Source: Phycisphaeraceae bacterium (lineage in GTDB: Bacteria > Planctomycetota > Phycisphaerae > Phycisphaerales > Phycisphaeraceae). From it: a stretch of DNA of 64,000 nt. The stretch spans positions 1 through 64,000 of the forward strand of contig OY771506.1 of assembly GCA_963674705.1 (NCBI GenBank), written 5' to 3'. Positions 28,358 to 37,262 of the stretch are shown here, in pieces. Every line of letters begins with the position of its first letter. The stretch's first letter is position 1. Below the pieces are notes generated by a model. It made no database searches. It saw only the letters and a list, made by a program, of their open reading frames with translations, and was not told the origin of the DNA. A program made the position numbers and the translations under genes.

Positions 28358-28439
28358 GGGTGCCACATCTTGATCGCGTAGCGACAAGGTGTGCTGCTGC
28401 CCTCACACTTTGCTCCTGCGGAGTCAAAGTGTGGCACCC
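28358..28439. repeat. REP family A doublet (copy 9 at 28358-28394 +, copy 10 at 28404-28439 -)
   Basis: Inverted pair; inner stems TCGC-GTA-GCGA and CTCC-GCA-GGAG. Confidence 0.9.
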
Positions 28440-28622
28440 ATCCAGTTACGCTCAAAGTTAATCCGCTCTAATCGTAGCGCGGTTGAGCGTACAGGCTTGC
28501 CAACCCCGTAAGCAGGATTATCGTCACGATAACCACCGTTCTGCCCCTAATCATCGGCCCGACAAGGACTTCAACCGAAGCCGATTCACAAGTCCGATAA
28601 TTCGCCCGTTTTACCGCCCTGC

Positions 28623-29465
28623 TCACCGCCGCACCGGCCGTTTGACCAGGTTCCGCACCTGCATCCCGATCTGAAGCTTCAGAAAGTTGCCCAGGCCATC
28701 GGGCGATCCGTAAACCTGAGGTTGGTGGCCCATCGCCCGGATCGCTCGCTTAATCGACGCGGCCGGGGCGTCCTTCTCGACTTCCGCTTCCAGCACCAGG
28801 CCGTACCGCCCGACGCGCAATTGCTGGGAGCGGAACGGCAAAGCGCCACTGCCCGGCAAGACCCACATGCCCCGCTGCTTCGCCTCCGCCAGGTGCCTCG
28901 GTTCGGGCCCCATCGCCAGGCGTCCCGCGTTGTCACCCAGGAACAATCCCTCGACGCATGGCTCGTTCAGCTCCCGGTCCACCACACGCCCGCGCGAAAA
29001 CCACCACTTACCCACACCCAACGGCAACACGACCAACCCGTCAGCCTCATGCACTTTGTTCAAAACGTCCGCCGTCGAAAACTTCCAATCCGCGATGTGT
29101 TTGTCAGAACACAGCGACAAGACCTCCAGCCGTTCGGTGGCCTGGATCTGTCTGCCTTCGATGACCAGTAGCGCATCGCGCCCTTCGTGTTGTGCGATCA
29201 GAGACAAACCGTCGCCGCACGGGACAAATCGCCAACGTCCGCCATCCAGTTCGCCTTGCTCCAGCAACGCATCAAACATGTGCATGCCCTGCGGCTCTGC
29301 AAGCAACAAACAACCCGGCGCCTGGTTATTCACATCGCTGTTATTGATGCCAAGCGCTTGCCGCTGCTCACGGAAGTTTGCGAGCGTTGCGTCGAAGTAC
29401 GTTGCGAGGTCGTAGCACTCGTACAGATGCGCATGCGCATCGATCAGCATCGGCGCGGACCACAT
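28623..29465 (-). CDS. PHP/amidohydrolase-like hypothetical protein, paralog 2
   Basis: IDAHAHLY; GRQI...LEVL; GDNAGR; LPGSGALP. Confidence 0.7.
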   Translation of the reverse strand: MWSAPMLIDAHAHLYECYDLATYFDATLANFREQRQALGINNSDVNNQAPGCLLLAEPQGMHMFDALLEQGELDGGRWRFVPCGDGLSLIAQHEGRDALLVIEGRQIQATERLEVLSLCSDKHIADWKFSTADVLNKVHEADGLVVLPLGVGKWWFSRGRVVDRELNEPCVEGLFLGDNAGRLAMGPEPRHLAEAKQRGMWVLPGSGALPFRSQQLRVGRYGLVLEAEVEKDAPAASIKRAIRAMGHQPQVYGSPDGLGNFLKLQIGMQVRNLVKRPVRR

Positions 29466-29543
29466 GCGCCCGGGCTCGTTTTGTCTATCATTGAAGTCGA
29501 TCTCCCACCTCCGATGGACTTCGTATCGATTCGCGCCACAAGC

Positions 29544-30386
29544 TCAACGCTTACCGAGCCGTTTCCGCAATTGCATTCTGACTTGCTTTTTGAAGAACCG
29601 TACGGGTCCGTCCGTTCGGCCGTAGACCGTTGGCTGCGCCGAGGCCGCCTGTATCCACTGCTTGATCCCGTCTGCGGCGTGCTCGCGGTTCACGTGATCC
29701 TTGATCAACATCCCGTATCGGCCGGCCGACCTTGCCTCATCCGCGAACGGCAGCGGGTCGGTGCCGGGCAAGACCCAGATGCCTTGCTTGTTTGCCCGGT
29801 CAAACTGCTTCGGTTCACCGCCCATCGCCAGCCGCCCGGCGTTGTCGCCTAACAATAACCGACTGGCCAGCGGGCCGTCCAGCAATTTATCAATCATTAA
29901 TCCGCGGGCCCCGCTCCACTTGCCCACGCCATAGGGCAGCACGACCAGACCGTCCGCCTCGATGATTTTCTCGATGCTGTGCTCGATGGGCCTGCCGTCG
30001 TTGAATTGTTCGTTACAGCACAGCGCCAGTACTTCCAGACCCTCTCGTGTGACGATCTGTCTGCCGGCGATGATGATCAGCGCATCTTTGCCGTCACGCG
30101 CTGCCAGCAGCGATCGGCTATCGGCGCCGGGGTGGAAGCGCCAGCGCCCTGCGTCCAGTTCGTGCTGGGCGATCAGCGACTCGAACGCGTGGTCGCGCGA
30201 CGTCTCCGTGAACATCAAGCAACCGATCACGTCGCCGGCCACACCCAGCTTCGAGGCAGCCGATTGGAAGTTTGCGTAAGCGCTGTCAAAGAACAGGGCG
30301 CGGTCGTAACAGTCATACAGATGGACATGCGTATCGACGAGCACCGCCCCGCTGTCGCCTCGCGCTTGTGCTTCTGTTTGCTGCAT
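29544..30386 (-). CDS. PHP/amidohydrolase-like hypothetical protein, paralog 1
   Basis: VDTHVHLY; GRQI...LEVL; GDNAGR; LPGTDPLP. Confidence 0.7.
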   Translation of the reverse strand: MQQTEAQARGDSGAVLVDTHVHLYDCYDRALFFDSAYANFQSAASKLGVAGDVIGCLMFTETSRDHAFESLIAQHELDAGRWRFHPGADSRSLLAARDGKDALIIIAGRQIVTREGLEVLALCCNEQFNDGRPIEHSIEKIIEADGLVVLPYGVGKWSGARGLMIDKLLDGPLASRLLLGDNAGRLAMGGEPKQFDRANKQGIWVLPGTDPLPFADEARSAGRYGMLIKDHVNREHAADGIKQWIQAASAQPTVYGRTDGPVRFFKKQVRMQLRKRLGKR

Positions 30387-30427
30387 CCGCGTACCATCCG
30401 CCTGGGAGTTTGTGCGGACAGATGGGT

Positions 30428-31384
30428 TCAGGCACGCCGCCTTTGACTCACACCACGCCCGCCAATGAGCCCTAAGTATACCACGCCCAGCAGGGCTAAC
30501 GTCGTCGGCTCGGGGACAATGATCGATCCCTTGGTGACATCTGCATTCCAGTTGCCCAGCACCAGGTCCAGGTCGTCCAGCCCGACAAAGCCGTCGTGAC
30601 TCACATCACCAAACTGCGTCTGGCCTACGGGCACATGCTGCCCCCAATGCGACAACACTGTGTCGAGGTCATCCAGGCCGACGTAGCCGTCCATGTCCGT
30701 GTCGCCCTGCAACTGAATGAGCAGGCTGACCAAGCCGGACGAACCCTGCCCGAATTCGTGATACAGGGTGCTGCCCGCCACAGCGGATAAATCGTATGAA
30801 CCTTTTGGCAGGAAGCCTTCGGTCACATACGTATCCCAACCAACAGGAAAGTAAGTGCCGCTGAAGTTTTTATAGATCAGCGGGAAGCTGCCGGACGGGA
30901 AACCTTCGGCAAAGTCATAGGTGGCTGTGGCACTTTGGCCGTTGAAAGAAACCGAAAAACTGCCCATCGGATCTTCAAGCAGTACCGCTTCCAGTCGGTA
31001 ATAGAATGCGGACTGCGAATTAAGGTTCAGATCAACCCGGGCATGCCCACCCCCACCGTCCGGTGCATCACTTGTATGCGCAGACAGGTATGTTGTAAAC
31101 CACATCTCGCCATGATCGTTCCATTGTGGGTTGTAATCGCCGACGCACACCCCGCCTACCGAATACGAGCTGCCAACCAGTGTTCTGCTCTCAGCGGATA
31201 AGCCGATCCAGGTGGAAAGTGTCTGCGAGTCAAACCCGCTGAAGAACGGGTCCAGTTCCAACTCCAGATGCCCGGAGGCAGTCATAATAATCGTGCCCGT
31301 TGCAGGTTGAGCAAGCAATACAACCAAGGACAGCGTCAATAATTGAAGTGGGATGAAACCTGGTATATGCGTGGTACGTGACAT
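30428..31384 (-). CDS. Secreted PEP-CTERM protein with dockerin-like domain
   Basis: Signal peptide; GDTDMDGYVGLDDLD/GDVSHDGFVGLDDLD; VPEP-TM-RRG...RRRA. Confidence 0.8.
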   Translation of the reverse strand: MSRTTHIPGFIPLQLLTLSLVVLLAQPATGTIIMTASGHLELELDPFFSGFDSQTLSTWIGLSAESRTLVGSSYSVGGVCVGDYNPQWNDHGEMWFTTYLSAHTSDAPDGGGGHARVDLNLNSQSAFYYRLEAVLLEDPMGSFSVSFNGQSATATYDFAEGFPSGSFPLIYKNFSGTYFPVGWDTYVTEGFLPKGSYDLSAVAGSTLYHEFGQGSSGLVSLLIQLQGDTDMDGYVGLDDLDTVLSHWGQHVPVGQTQFGDVSHDGFVGLDDLDLVLGNWNADVTKGSIIVPEPTTLALLGVVYLGLIGGRGVSQRRRA

Positions 31385-31796
31385 GGGGGCGCTCCGGTTA
31401 GAGTCCATAAGACAAAACCGTGCCGCCGCCCCGCTGGCACATCCAGCCGGCCCAGATGTAAGAAACACAGGAAGATTATAAAACTCTGCGGGTGAGCAAA
31501 CAAGGATTTTATGTTCGTTGATCGTGGCGGAGGCGGGTTCTTCGGGGTGGAACAGGGAGGATTTAGCCACCGATGAACACTGATAAACACGGATAAGAGA
31601 TGAGAATGTTAAGGTGGGAAGTGTGATGGACGGCGTTTGGGGGTTGTTTTCGTCGTGAGTCACTATGCTCCTGGCTCGGCGCAGAGGGGCTATAAATTGA
31701 AGAATTGCATGGTGATTAGACGAGACTTAATATCCATATACCTCATGCATATAGCAATCCGACGCCACCTGGCGCAATACTTCCTGAGCGGGGACC

Positions 31797-32339
31797 ATGG
31801 CAAAAACGCATAATCAAAGCAAGTGGTTGGCTCACACTGTACTCGTTCTTCTTGCGATCAGTTTTGTTGGCCTGTCAGTTGTTGCTTTCAAGCTTCATCC
31901 GTTGCAAGAATCCTCTGCACAAACACAATACGCACAACCCCTGCGCGGACCGTCCCAACCTGCGCAGTTACAGCCTGTACAGGACCCGATAGAAGAAAAA
32001 CTCGATGCGGCAGGCACCGCGGTCAGATTGTTAGAGATGATCGGTAATGGTCGGGGAGAAGAAGCCTACAACACCCACTATGTCAGACTCGATGAACTGG
32101 AACAGAAAATGGGTGTGCGGATGGTTGACGTGATGGTAAGGATGGGCGAGATGTTCGGGCGATTGAAGTCTTGCAAGGTACAAGGTGTTCAGCAATTCCC
32201 TTCCGGGCTGTATGGCCCTGAGACCGAAGTCACGATGGATTGTGTTTGGGAGAAGACCGGCGATTGTCTTGCAAGGGTCAGGTTGCACCAGTCCGATGCG
32301 GGCAGGTGGATGGTGGTATCCACGTTTATGGTTCAGTGA
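31797..32339 (+). CDS. Hypothetical protein with N-terminal membrane anchor
   Basis: Clean ORF with an N-terminal hydrophobic helix; no recognised motif. Confidence 0.55.
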   Translation: MAKTHNQSKWLAHTVLVLLAISFVGLSVVAFKLHPLQESSAQTQYAQPLRGPSQPAQLQPVQDPIEEKLDAAGTAVRLLEMIGNGRGEEAYNTHYVRLDELEQKMGVRMVDVMVRMGEMFGRLKSCKVQGVQQFPSGLYGPETEVTMDCVWEKTGDCLARVRLHQSDAGRWMVVSTFMVQ

Positions 32340-32598
32340 TTGCGGCTCGGTGCAAATGCAAGGGATTTGAGACTTGCCGTCGAAGATCGGCGGTTTGGGA
32401 AACCCTTGCCGAGCGCTTTGACTACCGCACCGGCCTATCCGACCAGTCGAACAAATCAAATCCCAGCGAGCCTTGACGTCCTTTCGTGGCTATGATGCAT
32501 TTAAGGCTTGGTCACCACTAACACAAAAGATACAAGGCTGTCTGTGATATTATTTGACGCAGGCTTGTAACCAAACCAGCAGTAATGGGCGGATCAGA

Positions 32599-33069
32599 AT
32601 GAAAGAGTATTTTGCACGTATGTTTGGTCATAGCGCATGGGCGAACCGGCGGACACTTGAATCTCTGGAGGTGTGCCCGGCGGTGATGGACGAAGCCATG
32701 CCGGTGATGGCGCATCTGCTGGCGGCGGAGCATGTGTGGCAGTCTCGGTTGATGGGGCTCGAGCCGAAGATGGCGGTGTGGCCCGATTTATCGTTGGATG
32801 AGTGCCAGGAATTGGCTGATGAGTGTGAGCAGAGTTGGCAGACTTACCTGGATGGACTGACGGTGGGTGACCTTGACTGGGTGGTGGCGTATCACACGAG
32901 CAAGGGCATCCCCTGCAGCGATGTCGCGGCGGACATCCTGATGCATGTGCTGACGCACGGCGGATATCACCGGGGCCAGATCGCGAAGATGGTAGGGCGC
33001 ACGGGCGGGACGGCGGCGAGCACGGACTACATCATTTACGTGCGGATGGTCGGCCAGGAACAGACCTGA
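32599..33069 (+). CDS. DinB-family protein
   Basis: HSAWANRR, HLLAAEHVW and HVLTHGGYHRGQ motifs. Confidence 0.88.
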   Translation: MKEYFARMFGHSAWANRRTLESLEVCPAVMDEAMPVMAHLLAAEHVWQSRLMGLEPKMAVWPDLSLDECQELADECEQSWQTYLDGLTVGDLDWVVAYHTSKGIPCSDVAADILMHVLTHGGYHRGQIAKMVGRTGGTAASTDYIIYVRMVGQEQT

Positions 33070-33303
33070 TGGATCGTTCATGAGCCTTCGTTTTGCTTTA
33101 TGAAAACGTATGAAACGGGGTCTGACCCCGTTTTTCTTTGACCCCGTTTTTCTTGCAATCTTTGATTACATCGGTTACGTGGTGTTGCAGAATGATAATG
33201 CGCTATAGTCCCTGTAGAATGCAAGCATTCTCAGGCTGATCGCTTTGATGCCCGGATCGTCCTGACTAACTTGATCCTGAATGAGAAAAGGATTTTCTTC
33301 GTG

Positions 33304-34479
33304 ATGAAAAGTATTTCCACCGTGGTGTTCCTGCTGCTTTTGACCGTGTTCCCGTCGTATACGGTTGCCCAGAAGTATGACGCGTTTCATCCGGGAGCAG
33401 AGCAATGGCTGGACACCGAAGGTGAGCACATCCAGGCACATGGCGGCGGGATTCTGCTGCATGAGGGTGTCTATTACTGGTATGGCGAACAGCGCGGGTT
33501 TGGTGAGATGGGCGTGCGGTGCTACTCATCAACAGACCTGTACAACTGGCAGCCGCATGGCGTGGTGCTGGGCTGGTCCGATGCACCGGGCACGGACCTG
33601 ACGCGGCGGTGCACCGTTGAGCGGCCGAAGGTCATCTATAACGAGAAGACCGGCAAGTTCGTGATGTGGTTCCACCTGGAACTGGAGGGCATTGGCTATT
33701 GGGCGGCGCGGACGGGTGTCGCGGTGGCGGACTCGCCTACCGGGCCGTTTGAATACCTGCGATCGTTCCGGCCACACGTCGGGAAGATCCCGGTGAATGC
33801 GCCGATCGAAAACATTCACGAGCGCAAGCGATGGGACGAGATCATTAAGAACGCGGAAGGCGATCGCGAAAGGCGCATTGCGGGCGAAATCTTCATGCGT
33901 GATCTGGGCGTTGGGCAGATGGCGCGCGACATGACGGTATTTAAAGACGATGACGGCACGGCGTATCACATCGCTTCATCGGAAGAGAACCTGACGCTAC
34001 ACATCGCGAAACTGACGGATGACTATCTGAACTTCAGCGGTGAGTTTGCACGCGTGCAGCCGGACGGCCGCAACGAAGCGCCGGCAGTATTTAAGTATGA
34101 GGGCAAGTACTACATGATCGCGTCGGGTTTGACGGGCTGGGCGCCGAACCGTGCGAGGTCTTTCGTGGCGGATTCGATGCTCGGGCCCTGGGAGCCGTTA
34201 GGTAATCCTTGCGTGGGCGGGGCGAACACGTATAACGATTTAGGGCCGGATAAAACGTTCGGCGGACAGAGCACGTATGTGCTGCCTGCACCGGGGTACG
34301 AAGGGCAAGGCAAGTTCATCGCGATGTTCGATATCTGGCAGCCCGGGGATCTGAAGAAAAGCCGGTACATGTGGCTGCCGCTGGTGATTCAAGACGGCAA
34401 GCCGGTGATTGAGTGGGCGAAGCAGTGGAAAGTTTCCGACTTTGGTACGCCAGACAATCAACGCGGTGCGGAACGCTGA
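33304..34479 (+). CDS. Secreted glycoside hydrolase family 43 (beta-propeller)
   Basis: IQAHGGG, YYWYGE, VERPKV, RDMTVFKDDDG, EAPAVFK and GQSTY motifs. Confidence 0.88.
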   Translation: MKSISTVVFLLLLTVFPSYTVAQKYDAFHPGAEQWLDTEGEHIQAHGGGILLHEGVYYWYGEQRGFGEMGVRCYSSTDLYNWQPHGVVLGWSDAPGTDLTRRCTVERPKVIYNEKTGKFVMWFHLELEGIGYWAARTGVAVADSPTGPFEYLRSFRPHVGKIPVNAPIENIHERKRWDEIIKNAEGDRERRIAGEIFMRDLGVGQMARDMTVFKDDDGTAYHIASSEENLTLHIAKLTDDYLNFSGEFARVQPDGRNEAPAVFKYEGKYYMIASGLTGWAPNRARSFVADSMLGPWEPLGNPCVGGANTYNDLGPDKTFGGQSTYVLPAPGYEGQGKFIAMFDIWQPGDLKKSRYMWLPLVIQDGKPVIEWAKQWKVSDFGTPDNQRGAER

Positions 34480-34529
34480 ATGGGGCAACTACCCGGATTG
34501 AAACAGATGAGGTCTCACTGTCTTGTGGA

Positions 34530-35852
34530 TTACACCGTTTCGGATGCCTGCTCTATATGAGCGAGGTATTCGTCACGGGTCACTTCGGCGATCATGCCGC
34601 GCTCGAGCTGGTAGGCAGTTTGAAGCTCTGAAAGCTGATTCATCATCGCGAGCAGTATTTCCCGGCCATCGATCGGCTTTACTTGTGTATCCAGTGATTC
34701 CAGTCGCTGTTTGTGAGCTTTATGAAGCTTGAAAACATCCGCGTTTGGGATCACGTGTTCTTCGACATCTGCCGGCATCGCGTGCAGCTTCCTCAAGGAG
34801 GAAGTCGCCGTGAAGCGGCCATCCTGGTGCTGTGAGACCAGATCGGCTGAAGCAAGTTCGTGGTGAATCCCGAGCGGGATGGTGCTGCGCAGGTAATATT
34901 GATTGTTTTCGTGACGATGAATGACTTCAATGGTTGGGCTCTGTGTGCGCTGCCCCGGCGGGAAGATGCAGAATGGATCGACGAATCCAGCGTCCGACCA
35001 ACCCCGTGTACGATCGCTTATCAGCTTCTTGACCGGGTCAGGTAATCCATCTGGCAGTATGAGATGATCCTGGTCCGGCCTACATGAGATGTAGTATGTT
35101 CCGGGGCTTCGGCTCATTCGTTTTCTTTGCCAGAGAAAAACCAGTGTGATCAACAAGCTGCCGCAGCTCTTGTAGCATTCCCTCATGCTGATCTTGCTTA
35201 TATCGAAGCGGAAGTACCTGAGCGGGCCATGCGAATCGGCGTACAAGTCTATTAATGATTGCGTTTGCTGTTCGGGAAGGCCCTCGGTAGGCGGCGGCGT
35301 TGAGCTGCTGATCGGCAGGCCGCACTCCGGGCAGTTTTCGTTTGTCAGTTGTTTGAGGCTGTAACCGCAGCCGATGCACAGGCCGTGCTTGCGTCGTTTG
35401 TCGATGAGGACTTTTCCACGGCCGCCGCGAAGCCAATAACGATACTCAGCCCAGCCGATTACGAACACCATAGGTATCCAAAACCAGAAAAATGTGGCTT
35501 TATGTGGGATACGCTGGACGATGTAGCGATCAACGAGATAGATACCGCCCATCAGACATATGACCAGTCCCATCAGGATGTAGTAGAAGTCTGTAAATAC
35601 GAGCGACTCGTGCCAAGGCAATTCACTTTCGTCGCGCTGCCTGCCGGCGTTTTTTCGCTGCCACCACAGGTAGATAATGCTGCCGGCCAGGAACAAGCAA
35701 CCAACCACGATGCTTATGACTATTTCACTGGTTTCTACATAACCGTTTTGCCGGTAGTTCTGATACAGCGGCAGCAGCAGGCCGGCCAGCACTGCCGGGA
35801 ACATCAGCAGCAGCCACTTGGCTGAGATGCGGTTGTCATTCGGAGCGGCCAT
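34530..35852 (-). CDS. Hypothetical membrane protein (4 TM) with zinc ribbon
   Basis: Four hydrophobic helices, then CIGCGYSL...CPECG. Confidence 0.65.
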   Translation of the reverse strand: MAAPNDNRISAKWLLLMFPAVLAGLLLPLYQNYRQNGYVETSEIVISIVVGCLFLAGSIIYLWWQRKNAGRQRDESELPWHESLVFTDFYYILMGLVICLMGGIYLVDRYIVQRIPHKATFFWFWIPMVFVIGWAEYRYWLRGGRGKVLIDKRRKHGLCIGCGYSLKQLTNENCPECGLPISSSTPPPTEGLPEQQTQSLIDLYADSHGPLRYFRFDISKISMRECYKSCGSLLITLVFLWQRKRMSRSPGTYYISCRPDQDHLILPDGLPDPVKKLISDRTRGWSDAGFVDPFCIFPPGQRTQSPTIEVIHRHENNQYYLRSTIPLGIHHELASADLVSQHQDGRFTATSSLRKLHAMPADVEEHVIPNADVFKLHKAHKQRLESLDTQVKPIDGREILLAMMNQLSELQTAYQLERGMIAEVTRDEYLAHIEQASETV

Positions 35853-36054
35853 GTTCTGAGTCCCTCGGGCGAATACGGCCTGACTATCATACCGCGGGCT
35901 CCGATGGTCAGCGGTCTTGATGCGTGAAGTGCTGGGTGTTGCGAACTATGTTATCGGAGGTCACGGCTCAGTCAGAACGATGGGCGGTGGTTAGGATCAC
36001 AGGCGGTAGAATGCCGATGTATAACCTTCCGAAGACCATTGACAAGGAATCCGC

Positions 36055-36870
36055 ATGAGCGAATCCACACAGGAAAGTGAACACGCCCGGCCTTCGGCTG
36101 AGATGGCGGGGAAGACGACCGTCGTCGATGCCGACTCCGAGGTCCGGCGGATGATGAAGGACACGGAAGGTTCGGCGCTGAAGAAGTACATGGCGTTGAC
36201 GGTGGGTAAGCCGTCGATACTTGCCCTGTTGAAGTATGAATTGCTGACCGGCATCCTCGGGTCGATCCCGGGGGCGCTGGGGCTGGTGCTTCGGCAGAAG
36301 CTATATAAGCACATGTTCGGAAAGTGCGGGCGGAAGGTTGTGTTCGGGCGGAACGTGACGATCAGGCACCCCCACCGGATCAGGTTCGGCGACAATGTAA
36401 TCATTGATGACAATGCGGTGCTGGACGGCAAGGGCGAATCGGATGTGAGTATCGAGATCGGCTCGGGCTCGATCGTCGGACGCAACAGCATCCTTAGCTG
36501 TAAGGGTGGGTCGATCCGGCTGGCGGATAAGGTGAATATCTCCGTCAACTGCACGCTGCTCAGTGAAACACTGTTAACCGTCGGGGAAAACGTGCTGATC
36601 GCGGGGCATTGTTACCTGATTGCAGGCGGTAACCACGGGCTGGACCGTGTGGATATCCCGATCCTGGATCAGCCTTTAATTGAAAAAGGCGGGATCGACA
36701 TCAAGGAGCACTGCTGGTTAGGCGCGAACGTGACGGTGCTGGACGGCGTGACGATCGGGCGCGACTCGGTGGCGGCGGCGGGGTCGGTGGTGACCAAGTC
36801 TGTGCCGGCGTACCACATCGTCGGCGGCGTTCCGGCGAAGGTACTTAAGGACCGCAAGGCCGGTCAGTAG
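36055..36870 (+). CDS. Hexapeptide-repeat (LbH) sugar O-acyltransferase
   Basis: Hexapeptide repeats; WLGANVTVLDGVTIG...GGVPAKV. Confidence 0.88.
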   Translation: MSESTQESEHARPSAEMAGKTTVVDADSEVRRMMKDTEGSALKKYMALTVGKPSILALLKYELLTGILGSIPGALGLVLRQKLYKHMFGKCGRKVVFGRNVTIRHPHRIRFGDNVIIDDNAVLDGKGESDVSIEIGSGSIVGRNSILSCKGGSIRLADKVNISVNCTLLSETLLTVGENVLIAGHCYLIAGGNHGLDRVDIPILDQPLIEKGGIDIKEHCWLGANVTVLDGVTIGRDSVAAAGSVVTKSVPAYHIVGGVPAKVLKDRKAGQ

Positions 36871-37034
36871 GCAATTGCTCTCGGCGCAGTTTCCCCAGAT
36901 TAGCCTGATTCTAATTGTGTTTAAGGATTGTTAGCTTCCGTGCGTACTTTTTGCGCAGACGTAAACAGGTTGCCGATATGGCTGTGAATAATGTCTGTTT
37001 ACCTGTGCTTTGACTGGTTATAAACGGGACTCAT

Positions 37035-37043
37035 TGGTATAAT
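37035..37043 (+). promoter_or_regulatory. Extended -10 promoter
   Basis: TGGTATAAT about 220 nt upstream of the transporter gene. Confidence 0.5.
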
Positions 37044-37049
37044 GTTGCT

Positions 37050-37193
37050 CCCCACAATAAGCCCACCTTAGTTGGCCCCCAGCTAAAGCGAGAGTACCAC
37101 GAAAACAGCCCAGCAGGCGGTGTTTTGTCTGTTCGGCCTTATCCAGCGTAAGCTGGTTGCGGGATGAGGGTACGGGCCGGGTAAACCGTGGGG
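37050..37193 (+). ncRNA. Candidate multi-stem leader RNA
   Basis: Nested complementary segments and three hairpins beginning at the predicted TSS. Confidence 0.35.
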
Positions 37194-37262
37194 ATTAGAA
37201 GTGCTTGTGTTTGCTGCTTCAGCGCGTGACGCTGGAAGCACTAACAAGGAGTTGGCTGTCAG

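Noticed and set aside
13088..28439. REP family A as a CRISPR array
   Set aside because: Copies are dispersed, inverted and variable in sequence, with no regular spacers and no cas genes.
37085..37195. RNase P RNA (AGTACCACGAAAA and GGTAAACC resemble conserved segments)
   Set aside because: It lacks GAGGAAAGTCC and the 3' AACCCGGCTTA motif, and is too short.
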